The position numbers and the translations under genes are program-made. A stretch of DNA of 64,000 nt, from NCBI GenBank assembly GCA_965205975.1, contig OZ242195.1:5344001-5408000 (forward strand), written 5' to 3'. Positions 56,918 through 64,000 of this stretch are shown here, piece by piece. Every line of letters starts with the position of its first letter. Position 1 is the first letter of the stretch. The notes under the pieces are model-generated. The model made no database searches and had not been told where the DNA came from. It worked only from the letters and a program-made list of their open reading frames with translations. The DNA comes from Candidatus Latescibacterota bacterium. Its GTDB lineage: Bacteria; Latescibacterota; UBA2968.

Positions 56918-58345
56918 TTATGGTGTTATTATGGTTTCGCGGTTGGGAAACCCGCCGCCCAATGCGAGATGTAGGTCAATGCGCGTCTGGAGTCGTTGCT
57001 GGCGCACAACGAGCAATTGGCTTTCGGTGAGGTAAGCCGTGTTACGTGTTTGAAGCACGGTCAACAGGTCTGTAAGCCCTCTGTAATATCTATCTTCTGC
57101 CAATCGACGTGCTTCCCTCGCTTGTTCAGCGGCGGTTTCTAACGCGGTCTGGCGTTTTGCCAGATGCGCTTCTGCTGAGAGTGCATTTTCAACTTCGCTA
57201 TATGCTTGCAAAACGGTTTGGGCAAATAGTGCGGCGGCTTCGTTTTCTCTGGCACTGGCCAGGTCGATATTGCCCTGTATGCGCCCGCCCTGAAAGAGGG
57301 GTTGTGTAAGGTTGCCGATCAGGCTCCACACGCTGAAGTCTCCATTGAGCAGGTTGCCCAATGCATCGCTGCTGGTTCCGCTTGACGCAGTCAGGCTGAT
57401 GCGCGGATAACGCAGGCGTTTGGCGGCTTTGTGATTGGCCTGAGACGCGGCAAATTGGCGTTCAACTACAATGAGGTCGGGGCGTCGGGAAATGAGATCT
57501 GCCGGGAGGCCCGCGGGCACTGGATGTGGTACCTGGGGGAGGTTTTCGGCAATGGCGAACGTGCCCGAGGGATAGCGACCGGTGAGTACTTCGAGTTGGC
57601 GAATAGCCATTTCATAGCGTTGTTCACGCTGGTGCAGACGGTCTTGCGATAACGCGAGTTCGGATTTGCTCTGGCGCATGTCGAGTGAGGGCCGCACCCC
57701 CCGTTCGTAGCGCGTGCGTACCTGTTCGTGGTTGGTGAGGCTGTTTTCGTACGTCGCCTGCGCGAGTTCGAGTTGGCGCCTGGCTTCTATGGTGGCAAAC
57801 CACGCTTTGGCGGTTTGTGCTGCCAGTGACATGCGCGCGCCCCGATACATAGCCTGTGTTGCCTGATAGGAGGCTTGTGCAGCCGCAGCACTTGCGCCAA
57901 GCCGCCCCCAGAGGTCGATTTCCCACGCGGCATTTATGGAAACGCCATAGGTGGTGCTGGTGTTTGAGAGTGCCTCTCCAGGCGCCTGACCGGGAATGGG
58001 AAATCCAATGAAGTTTTGTTTGCGTCTCAATCCCAATGAGCCCGCGCTGATTTGCGGGTATAGCGGTGCGCCGGCCATTTTGGCCTGTGCGCGTGCGGCT
58101 TTGAGACGTGCCGCGGCAGCGTGCAGATTGTGGTTGTACGCGAGTGCCTGGGCGATTAAACTGTCGAGACGGCTATCGTTAAATGTCGCCCACCAGAGGG
58201 TGTCTGCAGGTGTTGTTGCGGCGGTTTCTGTTTGATAAGTTTGAGGTGGCTGAACCTGGGATTGTTGAACGCGAGGCGCAGACGCACAGGCGGTTATAAG
58301 TGCAAAGCAGAGTGCAAAGAAGTGCCATGTCGCGTGGGTACTCAT
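56918..58345 (-). CDS. TolC/NodT-family efflux outer-membrane lipoprotein
   Basis: Lipobox ITAC, WWATF.D..L, WEIDLWG, LISRRPD, EVENAL, LHLALGGG. Confidence 0.92.
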   Translation of the reverse strand: MSTHATWHFFALCFALITACASAPRVQQSQVQPPQTYQTETAATTPADTLWWATFNDSRLDSLIAQALAYNHNLHAAAARLKAARAQAKMAGAPLYPQISAGSLGLRRKQNFIGFPIPGQAPGEALSNTSTTYGVSINAAWEIDLWGRLGASAAAAQASYQATQAMYRGARMSLAAQTAKAWFATIEARRQLELAQATYENSLTNHEQVRTRYERGVRPSLDMRQSKSELALSQDRLHQREQRYEMAIRQLEVLTGRYPSGTFAIAENLPQVPHPVPAGLPADLISRRPDLIVVERQFAASQANHKAAKRLRYPRISLTASSGTSSDALGNLLNGDFSVWSLIGNLTQPLFQGGRIQGNIDLASARENEAAALFAQTVLQAYSEVENALSAEAHLAKRQTALETAAEQAREARRLAEDRYYRGLTDLLTVLQTRNTAYLTESQLLVVRQQRLQTRIDLHLALGGGFPNRETIITP

Positions 58346-58430
58346 TCTCGATCTCCTGAAAGAAGCTGACTTTATCATAAAGAAACTTTTATTTTTGTCA
58401 ATATATATCGCAATCAGAGAGGATTAGATT

Positions 58431-59378
58431 ATGGCGGCGCATTGTTTTGAGGGTGTACTTGAGAGTACGTCGGTTAATATAGGATTGACACTGGGATCGG
58501 GACAAGTGTTTCGGTGGGGACGAGATGTCGATGGATGGTGGAAGGGTATTGCTTATGGCGTGGTTGTGCATCTGAGACAAATGGGAGATCAGATCGCGTA
58601 TCGCGCATCGTCTGAGCAGGTGGCTACATACTGTAGTGAGATGGCGATTGATGATTTTTTGAGGTGGTATTTAAGGCTGGATCACATGCCCTGGATCAGG
58701 GTGCCGCGCGAGGATACCTATTTGCGAAAGGCGAGGGATTTGTTGAAGGGGCTACAATTTGTTCGCCAGGATCCATTCGAGTGTATTATTTCCTATGTTC
58801 TCTCGGTTCAAGCACATATGTCGTTGACTAAAAAGCGGATCGGATTTATTGCGCGAACTCTGGGTGAGAGACGAGTTTTTGAGGGCGAGACATACTGGAC
58901 ATTCCCGGGTCCAGATGCACTATCTGAGTTGGATGGCGGATTTTACAGGTGCCACCGTTTTGGCTGGCGTTCGGAGCGAGTGGCTGAAACCGCACAGTTT
59001 ATCGCCGGGGCGGTGCGCGATGAGGCAGACCTGGATACCTGGCGGTGTGTTTCTGATGATTTGTACGCACTGCCCGGCAGTGGGGTTGGTATTAAGGTGG
59101 CGCGGTGTATCGATCTGTTCTCGTTGGATCGGCTCTATGCGGTTCCCGTTGATACCTGGGTGCGAAAATTTGCCCGAGAATGGTATGGTGTAACGGGTTC
59201 AGATGCGAAGATATGCCGGTGGGGCGAGGCGCGATGGGGCAAGTGGGCGGGCTATTGCAATGAGTATTTGTTCGCGTATTATCGCGAGTTGCACGGTCCA
59301 ACACTGTACGATCGGGTGCTTTCTTTTGATGCTTCTGGTGAAGCGTCAGCGGTGATGCCGTTTGAAGATGCGGGATGA
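58431..59378 (+). CDS. 8-oxoguanine DNA glycosylase (Ogg, HhH-GPD)
   Basis: TLGSGQVFRW, RQDPFECIISY, GVGIKVARC..F, PVDTW, AGY..EYLF. Confidence 0.85.
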   Translation: MAAHCFEGVLESTSVNIGLTLGSGQVFRWGRDVDGWWKGIAYGVVVHLRQMGDQIAYRASSEQVATYCSEMAIDDFLRWYLRLDHMPWIRVPREDTYLRKARDLLKGLQFVRQDPFECIISYVLSVQAHMSLTKKRIGFIARTLGERRVFEGETYWTFPGPDALSELDGGFYRCHRFGWRSERVAETAQFIAGAVRDEADLDTWRCVSDDLYALPGSGVGIKVARCIDLFSLDRLYAVPVDTWVRKFAREWYGVTGSDAKICRWGEARWGKWAGYCNEYLFAYYRELHGPTLYDRVLSFDASGEASAVMPFEDAG

Positions 59379-59385
59379 TTGTTTT

Positions 59386-60657
59386 TTATTCCCTGTCGTA
59401 TTTGGGGTTGCCAAAGCCGTCGTTGACGATGTGGGAACGCGCGGGGATTTCGGATTTGTCGGGGATGATGAGATCCAGTTCGGTGCTGTTTTCGACGATT
59501 GTGCCGTCGCCTACGCGCACGTGATCTCCCAGGATGATTTTTCCAGGGTCTCGGGAACCAGAGCGCACGGTGCCGAGTACGACTGACGATGCGATTTGAC
59601 AGCCCATGCCCGTTTCGACATAGCCGTAGATGTCTGTGCCACTGCCGATCGTGGAGCGGTTGCCAATGACGACGGGACCCAGCAGGGTGGCGTCTGTGCC
59701 TATTCTTACAAAATTGCCAATGGTGGGATGCCGTTGTCGCGCTCTTCCTGTCAATCCGCCGAGTGTGCAGGGATAGATGATGCACCCGTAGCCTATGATA
59801 CCTGTTTGACCTGTTGTGAGGCCGCGGTGCGGGTGTTCGAGAAAGTTGGCGTCTGCGATGATGGTTTCCGGGTGAATATCGGCTTGATAATAACGCCCGC
59901 CGAGTTCTGAAATGGCACGGGGTAAGAGGGGGATGGGCGTGCAGTCAAAATTTTCAACCTCGCCGGTTTGCGTGAGGGCATTGGCGATGTCGTGATAAAA
60001 CAAGACGCGCCATCCGGGATACGCACTGGCGACGAGTTGCATCTGATATGAGAAGGCAGATTGCAGGTCTTTTTCGGCGAGAAATGTTTCGTAGAGATCA
60101 AAGGTGCGCGCTTCAATAGCTTTGTCAATGACGGGCGCAAATGTGAGGGCGGCGAGGTCGCTGTTATCCAGATTGTGTACTTTGCGTAAATACGCATCCC
60201 ACACAGCGGGGTCTTTGAGCGATGCAAAGCGGTTCCAGAGTGCGCGAGTTTTTAATTGGGGCAGTCGAGAAATGAGCGCGAAGGCGGATTGTAGTGCCAT
60301 GTCTTCTATCGGGCCGTTTTCGCCCTGTGCGGCTTGAAGCGATTGGTAGATCATGGCGTAGAGCTGGTCGGCGATTTCTTCGATATTTTCTGTCAGGGTT
60401 GCCTGCGCGGCTTCAGACGCATTGTGGGAGCCGGGTGCGACGCATTCGAGCAGGTTGCCCAGTACGGTTTCGAGCAGGTCGCGGTTGACAAAACCGCGTC
60501 CTGAACGCTGTGAGAGAATCGCGCGATTGATGGGGTCAATGCGAAGCGCAGCCAGTTCTTCTGCTGTGTAAATCGGTCGAATTTGTTGGATTACTTTTTC
60601 GAGAAGCGGACGTTTGCGATTTGCATACGCGGCGTCGAATAAGGTGGTGTTGTTCAC
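59386..60657 (-). CDS. serine O-acetyltransferase-like hexapeptide-repeat protein with divergent N-terminus
   Basis: ADIHP..I...FLEH, CTLGG....RHPTIG..V.IG, additional hexapeptide repeats. Confidence 0.65.
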   Translation of the reverse strand: MNNTTLFDAAYANRKRPLLEKVIQQIRPIYTAEELAALRIDPINRAILSQRSGRGFVNRDLLETVLGNLLECVAPGSHNASEAAQATLTENIEEIADQLYAMIYQSLQAAQGENGPIEDMALQSAFALISRLPQLKTRALWNRFASLKDPAVWDAYLRKVHNLDNSDLAALTFAPVIDKAIEARTFDLYETFLAEKDLQSAFSYQMQLVASAYPGWRVLFYHDIANALTQTGEVENFDCTPIPLLPRAISELGGRYYQADIHPETIIADANFLEHPHRGLTTGQTGIIGYGCIIYPCTLGGLTGRARQRHPTIGNFVRIGTDATLLGPVVIGNRSTIGSGTDIYGYVETGMGCQIASSVVLGTVRSGSRDPGKIILGDHVRVGDGTIVENSTELDLIIPDKSEIPARSHIVNDGFGNPKYDRE

Positions 60658-60684
60658 AGAAGAGTCCTTTGTGATTCTGTTTAT

Positions 60685-61488
60685 TTAACTTCCGGTGGAG
60701 CGATAATGGCGCACACCGATTTTCCATATCTGGAGGGCGATAATGAGAAATATAACGCAAATCAGGGGCGCGCTCCACTGTAAGGCGATGGGAAATCCCA
60801 GGGGGTCGCCTCGTTCGAGAATTGCCAGTGCCGGCAAGTAATTTACACACGCAAGGGGTACGATGTAAGTAAAAAATTTGCGAAAATAGGTGCGGTAGAT
60901 GGGTAAGGGATACTGCGCGGTCTCTACACCACCGTAAGTCATGGTGTTCATGAGTTCGAGGGATTCGGTGGTCCAAAACGCAATGGTGGCTTGAATGACC
61001 ATGAGGCCGATGAAGAGGCAAGCGCCTCCAAATATGGCGGTGAAGACGAGATAGATTTTTGGCACTGACCAGGCGATGTCGAGGGTGTAGCTTGCCCAGG
61101 AGAAGACTGCGAGGCCCTGGAGCAGGCGACCGACGCGGCGGAGGGTAAGTTCATGGCCTGCGAGTTGCAGAGCGGTGCTGCGGGGGCGAAGCAAGAGGCG
61201 GTCGAAGTCGCCGCTTTTGACCATGGTGCCGAATATGTCGAAGCCGCGCGAGGCAGCGTCGGCAAAAGCAAAGGAGATGTTGATGAGGCCGTAGAGAAAG
61301 GCTACTTCGGGGAGTGCCCAACCCTGGATGTGTTTGAATCGCGCGAAGAGGGAGGCAATGGCGAGAAATTCGACGCTGGTGGTGAGGAAATGTCCAAATG
61401 AGAGCATGATGAATGACGCGCGATATTGCATTTGGCTGCGGACAGATTGGCTGAGATAGTGGATGTAGAGGCGAAGCGCGTTGGCCAT
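60685..61488 (-). CDS. ABC-2 family permease
   Basis: QMQYRASF, GDFDRLLLRP, YPLPIY, RHYRSTGS. Confidence 0.88.
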   Translation of the reverse strand: MANALRLYIHYLSQSVRSQMQYRASFIMLSFGHFLTTSVEFLAIASLFARFKHIQGWALPEVAFLYGLINISFAFADAASRGFDIFGTMVKSGDFDRLLLRPRSTALQLAGHELTLRRVGRLLQGLAVFSWASYTLDIAWSVPKIYLVFTAIFGGACLFIGLMVIQATIAFWTTESLELMNTMTYGGVETAQYPLPIYRTYFRKFFTYIVPLACVNYLPALAILERGDPLGFPIALQWSAPLICVIFLIIALQIWKIGVRHYRSTGS

Positions 61489-61492
61489 CGCA

Positions 61493-62323
61493 TTATCCTC
61501 CTTGCGCGACGAGGCGGCGAATACCGCGGGTGAGGATGAGGTGCCCGGCAATGGTCAGCGCAATCAGATAGGCGATTTGAAACGGCAGGTGATACCAGAT
61601 TTGTTCTGGTGGGATGTGGCCCATGTAGAAGCGGAAGGGGATGTCCATGAGGTATCGAAATGGGAGGATGTTGATGGCTGCCTGTGCCCAGTCGGGAAAA
61701 AAGAGCAAGGGGATGATGATGCCGCTGAAGAGCCAGGTCAAACTACTCAGGAGTACGCCCAGGCCCTCGCCAGATATGGTCCACAAGAGGGCAATGGTCA
61801 GGAGATTGGTGATGGCCGCACTGATGAGGACGGCAAAGAGCATCGATACGAGCCAGGCACCTGTAGCCGGGATATTGGGAGGCATTTGCAGACTAAAGAA
61901 AAGACTGGCTGTGATGAACATGGGGAGGGCGCGGAAGACGCCGGGCGCAGTGCGTTGCGCTATAGCGCGGCTGTACCAGAAGAAATACAGGTTGGTCGGG
62001 CGCACGAGTTCATAGACGACATTGCCGGAACGCACCATGGCGCGCACGTCGGGGTCGGCACCCTGGTAGGGAATGAGAACGAGAAATGCCTGACCGAGCC
62101 ATATATAGGTGATGACTTCATCGACAGTCATGGGTTGTGGCGCGGTGGTTGATCTGTAGAAGGCTTCAAAGATCATGACGCGGATGAGGCCCCAGAAGAG
62201 TTGGGTGCCGAATCCCGCGAATGCCGCGGCGCGGTATTGCAAGAGGGTGCGAAATCTGGCGGAGAGGACGGCTATGTAGGATTTGATAGCCAGCGATGAT
62301 GTGCGGTTAGCGATTTTCGGCAT
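61493..62323 (-). CDS. ABC-2 family permease (start uncertain)
   Basis: LLQYRAA, TYIWLGQ, GNVVYELVRP, FSG...PL, LVAQGG. Confidence 0.88.
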   Translation of the reverse strand: MPKIANRTSSLAIKSYIAVLSARFRTLLQYRAAAFAGFGTQLFWGLIRVMIFEAFYRSTTAPQPMTVDEVITYIWLGQAFLVLIPYQGADPDVRAMVRSGNVVYELVRPTNLYFFWYSRAIAQRTAPGVFRALPMFITASLFFSLQMPPNIPATGAWLVSMLFAVLISAAITNLLTIALLWTISGEGLGVLLSSLTWLFSGIIIPLLFFPDWAQAAINILPFRYLMDIPFRFYMGHIPPEQIWYHLPFQIAYLIALTIAGHLILTRGIRRLVAQGG

Positions 62324-63284
62324 AGAGGCGTGAGATGATTTCTTCGATGGGCGTGTTTTCGACAAAGAGGTCGCGCACGGGGTGCTGCGCCGTGATGCGG
62401 GCGATCAAATCAGCCGTGGCAACGCGGTCGGGGTCAAATGTGAGGTGTACGCGGTGTCCGTCGCGCAATACAACAGATGCGTCGGGGTCGGTGATGTCTT
62501 CTGTGCCTTCGAGATCGACGATGAGGCGGCGCTCTGTTGTGACGCGAGCGCGAAGGTTTTCGAGTGGGCCGTCGGATAGTATCTGGCCCTGCCCTATGAC
62601 CATTACCCGCGTGCAGAGGGCTTCGATGTCGTCCAGGTCGTGAGTGGTGAGGATGACGGTGACATCGCGCTCCTGGTTGAGGCGTTTGATGAAGTCGCGC
62701 ACGGCGAGTTTGGAGACGACGTCGAGGCCAATTGTCGGTTCGTCTAAGAAGAGGATTGATGGACGGTGTATGAGAGCAGCGGCGAGGTCACAGCGCATGC
62801 GCTGGCCCAGGCTGAGCTGGCGCACGGGTATGTCGAGAAGCGATTCGAGGTCGAGAATGGCGATCATTTCATCGCGGGTTTGCGCGTATTGGTGATGATC
62901 GACGCGATAGATGTCGCAGAGCAGGTCAAAAGATTCTATGACGGGCAGGTCCCACCACAATTGCGTGCGTTGCCCAAATACCACGCCGATTTGTGCGACG
63001 TGTGCGATGCGTTCTTTCCAGGGTACGCGACCGAGGATTTCACAGCGGCCAGAATCGGGTACGAGGATGCCGGACAATACTTTGACGGTGGTGGATTTGC
63101 CCGCGCCATTGGGACCGATATAACCGATGAGTTCGCCGGGTTCAATTGTAAAGTAGATGCCGTCGAGGGCAGTTATCTGGCGATAGTTGCGGTGCATGAC
63201 ACCGCGCAGAGCACCCCACACACCGGGCTGGCGTTGGGCGATTTGGAAGGTTTTGACGAGGTTTTCGACAATGATGTGGGGCAT
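62307..63284 (-). CDS. ABC transporter ATP-binding protein
   Basis: GPNGAGKS, GQRTQLWWDLP, LSLGQRMR, FLDEPT, TTH. Confidence 0.93.
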   Translation of the reverse strand: MPHIIVENLVKTFQIAQRQPGVWGALRGVMHRNYRQITALDGIYFTIEPGELIGYIGPNGAGKSTTVKVLSGILVPDSGRCEILGRVPWKERIAHVAQIGVVFGQRTQLWWDLPVIESFDLLCDIYRVDHHQYAQTRDEMIAILDLESLLDIPVRQLSLGQRMRCDLAAALIHRPSILFLDEPTIGLDVVSKLAVRDFIKRLNQERDVTVILTTHDLDDIEALCTRVMVIGQGQILSDGPLENLRARVTTERRLIVDLEGTEDITDPDASVVLRDGHRVHLTFDPDRVATADLIARITAQHPVRDLFVENTPIEEIISRLYAENR

Positions 63285-63390
63285 GGCGCAATGTGCAGGG
63301 TTTATATTTCTGCGTGTTTATTAGACGGGTATCTCGGCAGGTGTGTTTTGGTTTGTGGGATTTTTTTTGGACTGGACGAATTACGTCCTG

Positions 63391-63437
63391 AAAATAGCGT
63401 GCCCGATTCTGTATGTACGAATCGGGCACGCGCTTTT
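63391..63437. terminator. intrinsic terminator downstream of nfuA
   Basis: GCGTGCCCGATTC/GAATCGGGCACGC stem with short A/T tracts on both sides. Confidence 0.75.
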
Positions 63438-63457
63438 GTAGAGATGGAATTCAGAGC

Positions 63458-64000
63458 TTACTGCGTGGTCTGGTAATACGGGTTGGTGCCTTCGGCGTGG
63501 TCTGTGATATCGCGGATGTTTGCGATTTCGGGAACGGCTTCTTTGATCATGACTTCCACGCCCTGTTTGAGAGTGACATCGACCATCCCGCAGCCCTGGC
63601 ATCCACCGCCAAATTGAAGAAAGGCCGTGTCTTCTTTTACATCGACGAGTGATACGTGACCGCCGTGTGCGGCAATGCCCGGGTTGATTTTTTCGTCGAT
63701 TACCATTTGGATTTTTTCGGCTACACTGCCTTTGAGGTGCGGAGGAACTTTGTGCGGGTTGTCAATTTTGAAGCCGCGTCCCATCAGGCCATCGACAAAA
63801 TCGAGCGTGATGTCCTGGGCATAAGGCACGCTGTTTTCGTCAATGTAAATGTTGAAGCCGTCGTAGGGTATCGCGGTGTCGCGGTCGGTGTCCTGTCCCT
63901 CGGCTACAAAAGCGAGGCGGTAGTTGGCCTGTAAGGGCGATGTTGCTTCGGCGGTGATGCGCACGCCTGTAATTACCTGTTCTTGTTCGTGTATCAAGCG
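63458..64000 (-). CDS. nfuA: Fe-S biogenesis protein NfuA (5' end outside the window)
   Basis: Degenerate HesB-like domain (LDFVDGLMGRGFKIDNP) plus NifU domain INPGIAAHGG..GGCQGC..TLKQGVE. Confidence 0.88.
   Translation of the reverse strand, partial: RLIHEQEQVITGVRITAEATSPLQANYRLAFVAEGQDTDRDTAIPYDGFNIYIDENSVPYAQDITLDFVDGLMGRGFKIDNPHKVPPHLKGSVAEKIQMVIDEKINPGIAAHGGHVSLVDVKEDTAFLQFGGGCQGCGMVDVTLKQGVEVMIKEAVPEIANIRDITDHAEGTNPYYQTTQ

Overview
Bacterial chromosomal window. Long-form IspG, a PorX/PglZ-tsaE gene order and a sulfatase with several Gfo/Idh/MocA-type genes suggest an FCB-superphylum organism (inference). Two visibly AT-richer defence islands are present. Left (1-5673): a PbeABCD-like module (PLD-SF2 helicase, small protein, SMC/Rad50-like ATPase, dnd-associated protein) extended by a GIY-YIG nuclease and a DGQHR/DndB-like gene, bordered by a complete IS630 element that split a membrane protein gene. 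Right (about 45200-55014): NYN, HNH, Fic, DUF5131, then an operon of two C5-cytosine methyltransferases, a MORC-type GHKL ATPase fused to a histidine kinase, and a receiver-domain protein, with no recognisable restriction endonuclease in the operon. The core holds catabolic enzymes, an iron/stress locus (alternative sigma-70, two divergent ferritins, porin-FMN_bind-PepSY operon, candidate sRNA), sucAB-lpdA, HU/IHF, a CAT-anticodon tRNA, dnaG-ispG-cvpA-rpsU, kinase-PorX-like-tsaE, a TolC-like protein, Ogg, a CysE-like protein, an ABC-2 exporter and partial nfuA. Several families of short intergenic repeats occur. All calls come from reading motifs by eye; no database searches were run.
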